Program-made: the position numbers and the translations under genes
The notes under the pieces: generated by a model
The model's input: the letters and a program-made list of their open reading frames with translations, nothing else
What the model was told of the DNA's origin: nothing
The model's database searches: none
Source of the DNA: the human T2T-CHM13v2.0 reference genome, Homo sapiens
NCBI RefSeq assembly: GCF_009914755.1
Contig: NC_060932.1
Length of the DNA stretch: 64,000 nt
Strand: one strand, 5' to 3'
Part shown: positions 30,651-46,059 of the stretch, in pieces
How positions within the stretch are numbered: position 1 is the stretch's first letter
Layout: each line of letters starts with the position of its first letter

Positions 30651-30813
30651 CTGGCCTTGCAAGGCGTATCAGGGAGATGTACACGTCGTGGCAATCTCTT
30701 TCCTGAGGTATGATGAGCTGTATTATCTGAAAGTTCTTGCAGCGAATCAGCAGAGGGCATCCGGTAGCGGTTGTTGCCTGTTTCTCAATGGTGGAAATCT
30801 GACTGTGAAGAAT
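30651..30813 (-). CDS. MTMR7: MTMR7 coding exon 3 (ILHSQISTIEKQATTATGCPLLIRCKNFQIIQLIIPQERDCHDVYISLIRLARP)
   Basis: 163 nt. Acceptor ttggttctag|ATT, donor CAG|gtaggg. In frame with exon 2; MTMR6/7/8-type PH-GRAM sequence. Confidence 0.97.
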
Positions 30814-31329
30814 CTAGAACCAAATGTTAATGTGCATAAGCTAAGCACAAATAACTAATGAATACGACAAGGACTAACATTTCTTTGTGGCTCAAAGAAA
30901 GACAAGAAACGCTCCCCAACCTCCAGCTAGCTCAACCCTTGCGTTCAGATGACAAGCACTGAGATGTTCCAGGTAAGAACCAACTTCCTAAATTTATAAT
31001 TTTATTTTTCAATACCAAGCTTCCTGATATCCAGGACAGTTATTTTGAAGTAAACCATTCAGCATATAAATTTGCACAAGTCCAGGTATGGAAACATTTT
31101 GGTAGTCAAATATTGAATGCGCTTAATAGCTAAAATTAAATAAGGTCATGAGAAGTTAGTAAAATAAACTTCTGCAGTCAACACAAGTTAGAGATGGCTC
31201 CGCTGGGAGGTGCCACCATGCTCCTTAATTCCACATGGAATGTTCGAGTTCTGTATCAACATGGGATTGTTGTTTTCTAAGCTGTTGGTGGTCGGGCAGG
31301 CTGCAAAAGAAGGGATTTATTTTATCTTT

Positions 31330-31690
31330 TTATTTTTTAAATTAATATTTTTATTGCAAATCATAGTTGTACACATTTATGGGCTACAGTGTGATGCTGT
31401 GATATATGTACATCATACGGAATGATTAAATCAAGCTAATGAGCATGGCCATCACTTACCTATAGTTTTTTTTTTTTTTTTTTTTTTTTACAGTGAGACC
31501 CTTGAAATTTACTCTCATAATTATTTTGAAATATACATTACTATTGAGTATGGTCACCTTGCTGTGCAATAGATTTCCAGACTTTTCCTCCTGTCTTTTG
31601 GAAACTTTGTGCCCTTCAATCAATATCTCCTCATTCCCTCCCCCTCCTCTGCACTCCCAGCCTCTGGTAAAACCATCATTCTACTCTCTA
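31330..31690 (-). mobile_element. L1MA8/9-like 3' end fragment with expanded T-run
   Basis: gaatgattaaatcaagctaat...cccagcctctggtaaaaccatcattctactctct. Confidence 0.8.
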
Positions 31691-31912
31691 AAGAGGAGAT
31701 TAACTTTAAAGGAAATCATACTGAAGTGCATCTCTGGTGTTACAGGAGGGTCTATGCTCAGTCTTCAATAGCAGCATTTTAATCTTTAAGTTTCCCCTCC
31801 ACTAAGAACTGCCTGCCACCTTCTGCTAAAAATGTACCACTGTGCACGAAATACAGCAAAGGGAAATCTACAATTCAGGGATGTCATGATTGGGTTGCTG
31901 AAAGAATAATAA

Positions 31913-32235
<323 letters not shown>

Positions 32236-32731
32236 TAGTGATGTTCAAATATCTAATGGTTTCATTAATAAGTAGGAGAAATACCTGATGATGAAGCTCC
32301 TCTAGATTTTCTTTCTTTTTAAAATTATCAGAAAAGTAGAGGCAACGTAATAAAATGACCAAATGGCTGCATTACAGGACCCTGCAAATAGAGACTATTG
32401 CAAATGGAGCACTGGAGGATGACAATGCTGAATCTGGCCTACTGACATTATTGAATCTCTCCTTGACAGCTGTGACAGGAAGCACTTGTATCTTCTGGCT
32501 AGTTCTAAGTCTCTCTTCACTGATGTTCAAATAATTCATGTTTAAAATGAATAGTCGATCAAGTAGATACGACTGCACAGAAAAAGTCCAAACACACATT
32601 CCAGAAACAGTTCCCCAACATCCAGGCACAAAAGCCCACCCATCTCACCCTGAGGAAAAATGAATGGAGGGCAAACACTTTTTGCTTCAAACAACGCAAA
32701 ACAAGGAAAGCTAAAAATAAAGAAAGCATAC

Positions 32732-32854
32732 CCATGTTTCTTTTCTTGCGTCAGGTGAATTTTCCACGAATATGACATGGGTAGCCGTCAAATACAAAGT
32801 ACCTAGAGCTGCTTTTTTAGGAGACACTCGATCTACCAAGCGGACATTTTCAAC
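32732..32854 (-). CDS. MTMR7: MTMR7 coding exon 2 (VENVRLVDRVSPKKAALGTLYLTATHVIFVENSPDARKETW; PH-GRAM domain)
   Basis: 123 nt, phase 0/0. Acceptor tttctctag|GTT, donor TGG|gtatgc. Translation matches recalled MTMR7 residues 9-49. Confidence 0.97.
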
Positions 32855-33818
32855 CTAGAGAAATCGGCATGATGAAAAGAGTTACCGTAAAGCAGAAGAG
32901 CAATTCACGAAATAAATGATAACAGGGTAAACTCACACTTACTCCAAAATACAATTTTTTGAGAATTCCCCCAATAATAAAAACCAAAAACTTCCCCTTA
33001 AGTTAATCGGATCTCAGAGTAGGATTGTGTATATTAAAAGATGAACATTCACCAGTTACGAAAATATGAGTTTAAAGGTACCACAAAAGATGTGTAGATC
33101 CTATTAAGAATACCCTCTCTGGGTTTTACAATGGTCAACGCTTTCATTTCATTATAATTATATTACATTTCTAATTTAAAGCAGAAAGTGTATGTGTTAA
33201 TGTTCTGAGTTTACACTATGTATCAATTACATTCTATGAAAAAGAAAAAAGCACATTTTCCTATGTGTTTCTAGCTTGTAGAAATGGCCTTAAGGCTCTT
33301 TGCTTCCATACAAACTAGTAGCAAGTATAAACATACATACGGGAGAAAAAAGTATCAGAGAAATGTGGAAAACATACCATCTCAAGATCCTTACATTCAT
33401 TTATAACAAAATCTTCCTAATGAATGGCATTATCACCACTCAGCTAAAATCCAAACTGCTAGAAGAGATTTCTGGAAACAATTTTTACAAAGCATACCTC
33501 TCTCATATGCAGACCAATTTTAAGGACATGTGCACTGAGATCATCCTAACATGAAATGTAATGGAAATGACAAGACAATCTCTACAGAGCGAGAGAAAAC
33601 TGAAGCAATGGTAATTCTAGTAAGACACAGCCACCATAACCACCAGAGGAACATTCCTGTAATGACCACAGCGCACAGCAATCCTACCACTGCCAAGGAT
33701 CAACCACCTGCAGAGAAACACTGACTCATCCCTCAAGCCAAAATGGTATTTGCTTCCATGCAGCTTAGGAACTAACGCATTGTATTCGCTCCATTCTTCA
33801 GTTTAAATAGAAGCTGTG

Positions 33819-34721
<903 letters not shown>

Positions 34722-35504
34722 GGAGGTGTGGTCCTGATCTAGTTTGGGAGTCTCAGACTTCCCATCTACTCCAAGGGAGAGCCAGGGGAGTAGCAGACCT
34801 CGTGAACATTCCTCAAAACACCAAGAGCAAACAGGACCCAAGACCTCCCATTGCCTCAGTCTCCTCTAAGCCCTTAGAGCCAAGCCAGCCCTCTAGGAGT
34901 AGCTCTAGAGGGTCCCATCTCACTTCCTCCCAGTTTTCAGAGATCTACTGAGGTCAATAAAGAATTAGGTATTATAAATATCTGTAGTTATACAATTTAC
35001 TCTGGAGCATTGTGAAATTCCTGAGGACTTGTGAAAGTCTATGTATGTTAAAGGCATACATTCGACAACAGTGCCCTTCACCTACTAGCTTATGTTTTTT
35101 TTTTTTTTTTACAAGAATTCTTTTGTTACTGATATGCTGCACATTCTTTTGTATGGTTATCCATCATGGTGTATTTTTTGTGAATGGTCTTCATATCACT
35201 GGTTTACTTTGCTACTGGGTGATCAGCATTTCTTACATATTTATAAGACCTGTTTATACAGTAAGGCTAGTAGCCCAAGGCCCAATGAGTTTTTATAACT
35301 GCGTCCTTACCAAACTTTTAAAAATTAATTCTAGTATGAATCTCTTGAATGTTCTGAGTAGCCAAATATTTTCTGTAATAATGTGTTGCTTCCTTTCCAA
35401 TATTTATCTTTTTTCCTTGTATAATAGCATTAATTAGAAACTTCAGAGTAACTATAAATAGCATGGAGACTACAGTCACTCTTGCATTGTTTTTCCTTTG
35501 TTGA

Positions 35505-36330
35505 ATGACAGCTCTGTTGAGATATAACTCATATACCATACGGTTCACCCATTTAAATGTACTATTCAATGGTTTTTAGCACATTCACAACACTGTATAC
35601 ACTGCCACTGTGCAAACATTAACGCACTATTTTAAAACATTTTCATCACCGCAAAAAGAAATCCTGCACCCACTACCAGTCACATCCCAGTTATTCCCCC
35701 AACCACTCCGGCCCTAAAAAAATCAATTTACCCTCTGTCTCTATAGATTTGCCTATTCTGAACATTTTGTATAAACAGAATCATACAACATGTCATACTT
35801 TGATAGTGGTTTCTTTCACTTAGCAATCATGTTCTCAATCTACGTTTCAATCCAAGTTCATCTATTCATAGAATGTACCAGTGCTTTACTTTTTGTTGCC
35901 CCATGATATACCATTATAGGGACATATCATATTTCATTTACCAATTCATCAGTTGATAGACATTTCAGTTGCATCTACCTTTTGACTACCAGGAATAATG
36001 CTGCTATGTACTTTTGAGCATAAGTTTTTGTATGGACATATGCTTTCATTTATCTTGGCTATACTTAGGAGCAGAATTGCTGGGTCATTTGGTAAGTCAT
36101 ATAGTAAGGCTTTTGAAGAGCTTCTGGACTATTTTCCAAAGCAGCTGTGCCATTTAATATTCCTACCACCAATATACAAGGGTTCCAACTTCTCCACATC
36201 CTTGATAACACTTATTATAATCTCTTTTTTTGATTATAGTCATCCTAATATGCGATCTCATTGTGGTTTTGATTTGCACTTCCCTGATAGCTAACAATAT
36301 TGAGCATCTCTTTATGTGCACCCATTTTTA
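35505..36330 (-). mobile_element. L1MB7/8-like 3' portion
   Basis: ttgagatataactcatataccatacggttcacccatttaaatgtac (L1MB 3' end), then the end of ORF2. Confidence 0.85.
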
Positions 36331-38489
36331 ATGGAACACTTATTATCTTTTACCATTGAGTTTCATGCTGATATTTATTATCGCATCGTGAAAGTGACCT
36401 AATCCTAGTTTACTAAGAGTTTTGATTTTTTAAAATCAGAAGTGAAAGTTATGCCTTTTTGATATGTATTTGGATAAATATTTGTTTTTTTAACTCTAGC
36501 CCTAAATTATCAATAATAGTAATAGATTTCCTAATCTTTAAAGGAGTCTTGTGTTCCTGCTATATGGCCAACTTGAAATCACGACTACGTAATTCATACA
36601 CAGTCATTATATATTGATATTTTAATTCCTTGTATTTTTCCCGCCATAATTGTTATTTTGATTTGTTTTTTTTCTTTTGCATCTATACTTTTAAGAGAGA
36701 ACCTCCATGCCCTAGCCTATTCATGCTGCTGTTATCAAGTGAATTAACCATGGTTATGATTACATCAATTAATCAGGAAGCTTTCAACATACAAAGTATT
36801 TATTAGTTGAAACAAGTATAGTACTTCTTTACACAGAAATCTTTAGTAATGGTTTCAACTTCTTATGTGGTTACAGATCCGTTCACTGTTTCCAATTTTT
36901 ACTAAATCCCATTTTAATATTATAATACCTTTACAAATTATCTTACTGCAGATTTTCAAATTTTTACAATCTTTTAATTCTTATCTGTGGGTAAACCCCT
37001 CTCTTCTTATCCCTTCCCTCATTCCTAATACTGTGAATTGTTTTCTTTTTACCTCTTTGTGATTAGACAGGCAAAGGTTTTTCTTTAAAGTAACAGGTGT
37101 TGGATATATCAACTTTATTTTTCTTTTCTACTTTGTTAATTTCTGGTTCCTTAATAAATGTTTTAACTTGCTTTGCTTGGGCATGCCATGTGGTTTTTGT
37201 CTGTCTGTTTCTAAATTTTCAGATTTCACAGTCAGTTTGTTAACTGTCATTCTTTTTGTTTAATAACAAAAGTTTTTAAATTCAATCATTTTCCTCCAAG
37301 TATATCTCAGGTTTTATCCTGTGAATATTATTCATAGTATCCTCATTCTTCTTTCTAGATGGTCTATAATTGCACTTTTTATTTCTTCTTTGACCTGAAA
37401 GTTTTTAAGGGAAGCATTTTCCAAATTCTCATATGGTTGGGATATTTTACTTAAACTTTTGTCATTAAACATTCTATTTTAAAGTAACTACGATAAAGAT
37501 ATTATGAAAGTATGGGAGGAGAAAAATAAGGGGATAGAAACTTTATTGAGATAATCATATTGAGCATAAGATAATACTTTGAGGCAAAAATATTTGATAT
37601 GGATTATTCTCCCTACAGAAGTAGAGGAAGCTGTATCACTTAAATTATTTTTAGAAAAGCTCAGTGGAGCAGAATAAGGTATGCAGATGTTGAGAGATTA
37701 GAATACTACCATTGAGATGGGATTTTTCCATGTCTTTTTGTTAACTTTGGATGCTGCTGCAGGAAAGTCACATTCCAAAATTTGGTAATAGTTCCTACAG
37801 GTCCCAGAGCTGTCAAAAGTAATTTTGAAGATACAGAGAGGGAAAAAAGAAATAAGGAGGGGAACACCAACAGTATGATTTCCCAGAGATACTAACAATT
37901 AAAAATGAATTATAAAAATTAAAATTCAGTTGTCTTAGAAACGTTATGAAGTCAGAAAGCACTGTTCAGGGACCACCTCACAGTTTATACTAAGACGTTG
38001 AAAACGATCTAAAATGAAATAAATTTCAGAGTTTGGGCACCATCTTGAAGACCCACTGACTCAGTAATTCAGCCTTACTGTTGGGCTAACTTAATTCTGT
38101 CTCATCTATACATATATGCTGTACATACTACAAAGTAATAAGGCCAGTTTTATACTTAGGGAGAGCTAAGACTAAGGAAACAACCAGCTTCTCAAAACAA
38201 AATTGTTGCAACTCATTTGCCTGCTCCCAGGAGCACTATGCTTAAGACATACGAGGTATTCATACTCTGAAAAAGGCTATGGAAATCTATGCAAAAGATA
38301 TTACACTATATTATTAATTCTTGGATGTACATTTTTTACATTCTGGTATTTCTAAAAATGGGACACATCTGATGACTGATGTGTAAAAAGCTATTGTGTC
38401 ATTTCATTGGCAGTGCTTCTTTCTTCTTTTGTGGTTCATAAAATCTTGCTGCCTCTTAGCATCACTGATGTCTTAGATTTGTTGAAATG

Positions 38490-38950
38490 TGATAAATTTA
38501 GTCTTTAGCACATAAAAGATAATAATTGAAGCCATGGGACTAAAAAAGGTTACCCAGGGCGAGCAGGCAGAGTGAGAAGAGATCTGAGGAAAGCCCAATG
38601 TTTAAAGGTCTACATGAAGAAGAGGAATCAGAAAAGCACAGAAACAAAGAAATGGACAGGCAGGAGGACAATCAGGAGATTCTGCTATCAAGAGGATAGC
38701 AGAGATAATATTTTAAGAGAGAGGGAGTGTCTATGTCAAATGCTGCTGAGATGGAGTAAGGCAAGAACTGTAAGTGGCCCACTACATTCAGGAACATGGG
38801 GGCACTGGTGGTCTTAGCAGGAGGGGTCCTGGAAGCATGAGGATCATAACCCATGAAAGAGCAGCTTGAGGTGTCAACTCCCAGGCACTGAGAAAGTAGA
38901 TACCACTCTTTGCCAAAGTGGGGTTTGAGCGGGCAGAAGCAGATAGTCTG
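38490..38950 (-). mobile_element. L2 fragment
   Basis: Purine-rich L2 antisense sequence (gaagccatggga...tgtcaaatgctgctgagatgg). Confidence 0.65.
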
Positions 38951-39594
38951 ACCACGCGAACTCCACCCCAGAGCAGCAAGAGCCACGTTAGCTTTTCAGA
39001 AGCAACTGGCACGTCAAGACATTTGAAGGAAAGATGCCTGTTAGTGCTACCAACCGGGGCATCTGCACTTGTGATACACACGGGAAATAAAATGACTCCA
39101 TTAGGCCGGATTGAGAAATACATTTTAAAGGATTAGAAGGAGATGGGGATCGCTGAGCAAAGATTTGTTTATCCTGCTTGTATTGCTTCTCCAATCCTAA
39201 CAAACTTTCGCCCCCAGCTTTTAGAACTTGCCTTTTTAAAACTAGGAAACATGTACTTATTTACTTAATGTTTAAAGATTTGGAAATATAACAGGAAGAG
39301 AAGAAAATCACCCCTAGGACCATAATCCAACACAAGCACTGTTAGTCTTTTGGGAAAAATGCCTATACCTCATGTTAAGTGTTTTTGGGGTTTTTTGATT
39401 GTTTGTTTTTGTTTTTGTTTTTTTAATTAGGTAGTGAAGCACCACAGGAAATAATCTCCAGGGATGGAGTGAACAAATCTAATCTAAACTGTCTGAAGGC
39501 ACCGTTTCATTGCAGTATCAACCCTTCCTTTGCCAAAATCTTCAGAACAGTTGGCTATATACCATAACGCACTGAGGGTTTGGAGGAGGGGAGA

Positions 39595-39630
39595 GTAATT
39601 AAGGAAGAGCTAGGTAATTAAGGAAGAGCT
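39595..39630. repeat. Short tandem duplication (period 19)
   Basis: GTAATTAAGGAAGAGCT at 39595-39611 and 39614-39630. Confidence 0.9.
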
Positions 39631-40081
39631 GTGCCACAAGACAATGACACATAAACGGATGGTGAGTCGATCTGCAACGTGAACTAATTCAGCAGCAAAT
39701 GATTATGCCAGAAGGGACTGTGAAAATGCAAACCTCCATGGGAACTGGCAGAAATTCTGTGGAAAGCTTTGGACTTCTGAAGGTAAGAGAACTGGGGCAT
39801 TTCAAAGAACTCCACCAATATCTCATGAATCAGGCCAACCCCAGTTGTCAGTTTGTTTATGAAAAATCACCAAATAACAATAAAAACAATAACAAATATT
39901 TTTTGATATTCGACATCCATGCACTGCACAATCACTCTATATACCTGAGCTCAAGTTAATCCCCACAGTAACCCCCTGAATTATAGGTTCTTGCATAATC
40001 CCCATTTCATAGTTCTGTTGAACTTGAGACTTGACAAACTTTCCCAGATCCTGCAGGGAACAGGTGGCGTGGCCCGGCCAG

Positions 40082-40278
40082 CATGGGTCTCCAACCTTTC
40101 GGCTTCCCTGAGCCACACTGGAAGAAGACGAACTGTATTGGGCCATACCACACACGTAAAATACACTAACAACAGCTGATGAGCTTAAAAAAAAAAAAGG
40201 ACCATGCATAATTTTCATGATATCCACCACCACAGACAGGCAAAAACATCCTCAAATTCAAAGGGCAGGACACCCGTG
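40082..40278. mobile_element. MER30/MER30B (hAT-Charlie) nested in a MIR
   Basis: ctccaacctttcggcttccctgagccacactggaagaag...ggacacccgtg; MIR fragments on both sides. Confidence 0.82.
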
Positions 40279-42959
40279 CTAGAGCTAAGGTCTGTCTAAC
40301 TTCAAAGCCACGTTCATCCTTCACCATGGCTGTGGTGAGCACTTGTAAATGCCTTTGAGGTCATTGTAGAATTGTTATTCAAAATTAATATGTTTAGCAT
40401 AGACAGTTAATAATTATTGTAAGAAATCTTATACATGAAATTAGTACTTGAAAATAGAATGCTTTAAGACAAAATTATACTGTAAAACTATATTCACAAA
40501 CCACTATCACAATATTATTCTTTTAGATAAACCCAAAAACAAAAAGCTTGGCAATGGATACAAGAGCCCAAAGATTGACACTAGCAGACTTCGGGTATTC
40601 TCAGAACTAATGAAAGAGACAGAACACTAAACATCTAATTCCATTCAAAAAGATGCCTATGTGTGGCACTGTGTCAGGTTCCGCAAAAAAAAGCAAAAGG
40701 GTGAACAAGGTAGCATCTTTGTCTATCTTCAAGAATCTTATAGATTCAATGGAAAATACTATGCCCCAGTTTAAAGGCTTTTTTGAATTCCTGTTCTTCC
40801 TCTGTTGGGGTTAGACTGAGGGGAAAAAAGGGTTTCATCATCTTTTCTAGGCCAAGGCTGAAAACGCTCAGTCAAAACCCTGGGCCCCACCACCGCACTT
40901 CCAGGTCTGAGGAGGCCACACTGGCGGCCCAACATAGGTCCTCCTTGGCCTTCCCTTCACTGCCTGGGCGTCAGGAAGACCTCATAAATCACCGAGAGTC
41001 AGAGCCTTTCTTCAGTGATCCTCTATTGTGCCACCTTCGAATTTCAATCTTAGTAGAATGTGGGTCTTTCTATCCTGCAGGTCAAATATTGAAGTGCTGA
41101 ACATTCAGGGTTCCAGAATCATCTCAGACTATTTGGGTAAGTAAAGTTGCTCCGTAGGATGAGGAATCCAAAGTGCAGGGCCGGGGTGCCAGTCATTGAA
41201 AAGGACAGAAAGCAGTGGCACTGGCTACCGGCTTTTCTCAGGCCAAAGACCAAGTCCTCAAAACCATATAAATCAGGCTCCAGATCACTGTCAGTCATCT
41301 GGGGGAAGAGATCCAGGGACTGTTTAACAGAGAGAAATCAAAATCTCTGCAGCAGCCAAAACCAAAGACAAGTTTATGTTCTAATCTAAGAAAAGCAGCT
41401 AGATAAATAGTTTGTTGTGCTAAAATTGGTATCATGACATTTTCTAACTCTACCAACATGAAAAGAAAAGTATTTGTGAGTCAAGAGGCCTGGGCTCTGG
41501 TTCTGGTTCTGAAATTGAACTGCTGGGAGCAGGCAGTTTAGACATTATCCCTGCATTTTGACTTCTATAAGGGATCTAAAGGGTCTTTAATGTCTCTCTC
41601 CTTTCTAGCAGACTGCAGCTGTGACCCAGTGGTACTTCATAGACTACCTACGAGGATACAAAATGGCAACAGTGAAAATGCATACAATAATGACTCAATA
41701 TTAAATTTTCTGGAAATTAAGTCACTCGGTAACCTGGATGGCCAACACGACTTTTGTGACTTACTGAGGAAAGGAAGCATCAGCCACAGCAGCAATGATG
41801 CTCTAACAGCCTCTGAAGCTGGCCCAGAGGCTGCACTGATATCCAGTGTTCTGGTCCCAAAGGACTGTGATAAGCATCCCAAGGCCGAGGGCACCAAGCC
41901 CACCAGCCTGGAGGAACAAGCTGCCCAGCCACAGTGGCTCTTTTTCATTTTCCAGATTCCTTCCCCATCTCGAGCTCTTCTTCTTTTTTGCTTCTCTTGG
42001 GGAGTTAGGAAATCACTGGCTAGAAACCCTAGAGCACTTGGTAACATTTCCTGAGTTATTTCTGTCTCTCATAATTAAGTATCATTTGGATTTAAAACTG
42101 AATTGATGAAGCGTCTTGCTGTACTCAAAAATAAAGACTTTCATTTGACTTTATTTTAAAATCTATTTAGCACATCCATCCGTCCATCCATCTTCTTTTC
42201 TTTTTGCAATCTTTAATGTTGATATTCACGCTACACGGCATGCAGAACAATCTTAGTGTCTCAAATGAAATACCCACCCCTTGGTCAGAAAGTGCCTGAG
42301 TGATAAGGAGACCTTGTGCAGAAACAAAATTTGAGACCACTACAGTAATGAGAAGCTAAAAATTCAGACAGAGTCCTTTTTTTCTCAATGTTCTTCCACT
42401 GTGAGTAGAAATGTTATATGAGCCACAAAATGTGCAGGTGTCAAGCACAAAAATGAACATTAATATTGCACTTTAAAATACACAACAGTTAATGTAGTTC
42501 TATTACATTGTGCAGTAATTAGCACAGTGATTAGGAGAATGTAGTGAGGGTGCAGGGCATTGGCTGTAAGAAGCACTCACAGGGCACCAAACTGTCAGGA
42601 CAGAATGTCTTGAGAGCGGCTGGTGTTCCTCCGAGATATGGGGGGGCCGGGATCCCAGGGCCTGTTGGCAGCTCAGATAAGACACATCCACCACCTGGGG
42701 GGTGTGGAAGGTCCCAGGGAAGGGAGCCGCTCTTAGATACCAAGGTTGGGAGGATGGTTCTGGGCATCAGTTTTACCTTTAAACAGTGCCCACCCTCTCA
42801 GTCCCTACTTAACTAAGTGTTGATGCCAAATCCAGGCAATCCAGGATGAATTTTTCAGAAAAGCTTATGGCAAAGGAGGCAGCGTAACTGTGGTGCGTTC
42901 CTTTTAACCCTTCCCTCAAGCAGAGGGAGCAAGAGGAGGAAGGGTAATAACAACAACGA

Positions 42960-43160
42960 AAATACTTTTACCACTGACCACACAACTACTGCGCATCAGA
43001 TACTGTGCTAGGTATTATCCACATGCTACTTCTAACCTTAGCTGAGACAAAGACATGAAGGGCATGAAAAATCAATCAACTGCCCAAGCCTCGCATCTAG
43101 AAAGTGGCAGAGCCAGATTTCAAACCAGAAGTGTCCACTTCCCTGGATCTCTCCCATACC
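42960..43160 (-). mobile_element. MIR
   Basis: aactgcccaagcctcgcatctagaaagtggcagagccagatttcaaacc. Confidence 0.7.
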
Positions 43161-43741
43161 TGACCACTTCAGTCTGGGTCTAATATTGCAAATTAAGGAA
43201 AAACATCCTGGCTCAACAGTCTCTCCTCCATCGTCCCTGAGATTTCAGTTAGAGAGGAATATGTTTAACAAGTTAAATGCTCTAGCTACAGCTAAAAGAT
43301 TTGGTATCTGGTACAGACCAGCTTGGCTGGCCATGTGACCTCCCTGCTTGCTCATTTCTCTTGTCTGGAGGGGCAAATCCCCGAAAGACTCGGTTCTCCC
43401 GGTGGTCGAGGGATTCTCTGGGCGGAGCTCTGAAGTGTGCACCAGCATGTTTCAAATCGAAAGGTTCAAAGGCCTCCTGCAGCTTTGGAGGAACCATGCA
43501 GGAACCAAGCCCCACTTCTAACCAGCAATGCAGTAATTATAGAAACATCTACCATATAGAAATTCTCAAGTCATTTTTATTTATGACAGGTGTCACTGTC
43601 TGTATAATGGTTCCTAAAAAAAGATGTTTCAAGTTGGAGTTCAGAGTTCCTGGACAAATGATCCCATGTGTAACTAACTGCATGTGTGAGAGAGGGGAAA
43701 AAAGCATACATCTCACTAGTTATTAAAAAATAATTGTTATT

Positions 43742-44045
43742 GGCTGGGCATAGTGGCTCATACCCATAATCCCAGAACTTTAGGAGGCTGAGGCAGGAAG
43801 ATCACTTGAGGCCGACAGTTCGAGACCAGCCTGGGCAACAAGATGAGATCCCCATCTCTACACAAAATAAAATAGTATCTAGGCATAGTGGCAGGCACCT
43901 GTAGGCCCAGCTACTTAGGAGGCTGAAGTGGGCAGATGGTTTGAGGCCAGGAGTTTGAGGTTATAGTCAGACATGATCGTGCCACTGCCTTCCAGCCTGG
44001 ATGACAGAGTGAGACCCTAACTCTAAAAAATAAATAAATAAATAA
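43742..44045 (+). mobile_element. AluJ-like
   Basis: J diagnostics; (TAAA)n tail. Confidence 0.9.
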
Positions 44046-44760
44046 TTATTAACAAACATATCCATAACACAGACTTCAGAGTTTTACTTCTTGCTCCCAC
44101 CTCATGTCCACAACTTCATTTCTCCTGTGTGAAACTCACAGAAACAATAGAGTATGCAAAAAATATAAACTACCCAATTATAGCTGGCAAAGTACTCTGA
44201 CATACAAGAAGAAAAACTGAAGCTATAGCAAATTCTCCAAACAATGTAGAATTGCCATGATCTCTTATAATTACAGAAAAAGGGCATTTGGTTTTTCCAA
44301 TTTAAAAAGAAAGCACTTTTTTCCTATTTACATAAAGTTACTGAAACAAAAGGTGGTAACCATGAAGCTTCAGGAGTTTTTAAATTCAGCCTTTTGACAG
44401 AGAAATAAAGAACGTCAACTGTTTTTCCAAAACGAGTATTTAATCTTTCTACAGCTAAAAAACCATTGAAAGTCTTTTCCCAGGACTATTTTATTCAAAC
44501 ATCAGAGATTAGAGAAGAATTGAGCATAATCCAAGAAAATATATGACACATAACCAGAAGTAACAGAGACTCTACCTTTCATGAAATCCCTTAGATACCT
44601 CTGGTATAATGAAGAAAAAATGCTGGTGGGATGCACACACAGGGATATATCTGGGAGGCATGCAAAGAATCCTATTCTCAAGCTGCCTAAAACAATTAAT
44701 TCTTCAAAAACTGCATTCTGCTGTGAAACTAAGTTATTTCAAAAACATAGTTAATATAGT

Positions 44761-45545
44761 TGATATCGTTTGGATCTGTGTCCCCATCCAAATTTCACGT
44801 CAAATTGTAACCCCCAGTGTTGGAGGTGGGGCCTGGTGGGAGGTGATTTGATCATGGGGCAGTTTCTCCTGAATGGCTCGGCACCATCCCTCTTGGTACT
44901 TGATATGGTTTGGCTGTGTCCCCACGCAAATCTCATCTTCAATTGTAGCTCTCCCAATCCCCGCATGCCGTGGGAGGGACCTGGTGGGAGGTAACTGAAT
45001 CATGGGGCTGGGTCATTCCTGGACTGTTCTCGTGATAGTGAATATGCCTCACGACATCTGATGGTTTTATAAAGGGAGCTTCCCTGCATAAGCCTTCTCT
45101 CTTGCCCACCACCACGTAAGAAGTCTCTTTGCTCTGCCTTCGTCTTCCGCCATGATTGTGAGGCCTTCCCAGCCATGTAGAACTGTGAGTCCATTAAGCC
45201 TCTTCCCTTTATAAATTACCCAATCGCGGGTATGTCTTAATTAGCAGCATGAGAACACACTAATATAGTGCTGTCCTCACGATGGTGAGTTCATTCTCAG
45301 GAGATGTGGTTGTTTAAAAGGGTACGGCACCTACCCTGTCTCTGTCTTGCTCCTGCTCCTACCGTGTAAGAAGTATCTGCTCCCTCTTAACCTTCCACCA
45401 TGATTGTGTTTCCTGTGGCCTCCCGGCAGCAGATGCCACCATGCCTCCAGTACAAACTTTGGAACCATGAGCCAATTAAACCTCTTTTCTTCATAAATTA
45501 CCCGGTCTCAGATATTTATTTATACCAATGTGAGAATGGCCTAAT
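44761..45545 (+). mobile_element. MSTA/MSTB MaLR LTR, split by a nested THE1
   Basis: MST 5' end tgatatcgtttggatctgtgtcccc; the two halves 44761-44900 and 45268-45545 are collinear. Confidence 0.88.
44901..45267 (+). mobile_element. THE1 (C/D-like) solo LTR nested in MST
   Basis: tgatatggtttggctgtgtcccc...ctaatata; TSD GTACT / GTGCT. Confidence 0.9.
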
Positions 45546-45706
45546 AGTCAATACAATACAAAGCAAGCTACTTGTGAAAGAACCTTGTGAAAATTAGACA
45601 GCTGCTGCCCATCAATTTAAGCCCTTTTAATTTAATTAATTAAATCTGCTAAATTGTGGAGTGCCTGCTCTGTGCCAGGCACCCAGACTATTTATCAGAC
45701 TCTCCT

Positions 45707-46007
45707 GGCCAGGAGCAGTGGCTCACACTTGTAATCCCAGCACTTTGGGAGCCTGAGGCAGGAGGACTGCTTGAGCCCAGGAGTTAGAGACCAGTCCAGA
45801 TCATGCAGTGAGACCCTGTCTCTACCAAAAAAATTTAAAAATTAGCCAAGCATGGTGGCACATGCCTATAGTCCCAGCTAATCAGAGGGCTAAAGAGGGC
45901 AGATCACTTGAGCCAGGGAGGTCAAGGCTGCAGTGGGCCGTGATCATGCCACTGCATTGCAGGCTGGGCAGCAGAGTGAGACCTTGTCTCAAAAACAAAA
46001 CAAAAAG
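45707..46007 (+). mobile_element. AluJ-like
   Basis: gaggactgcttgagcccagg; gtcaaggctgcag. Confidence 0.9.
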
Positions 46008-46059
46008 TTCCTAACTGGTAATACTGCCCACAGATGATCTGATTCCACCTCTATCTCCT

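Noticed and set aside
41590-42054. Overlapping 154-aa (+) and 136-aa (-) ORFs in non-repeat DNA, with a +-strand acceptor-like site near 41608
   Set aside because: No recognisable protein family or domain; compatible with chance. A non-coding antisense exon cannot be supported from sequence alone.
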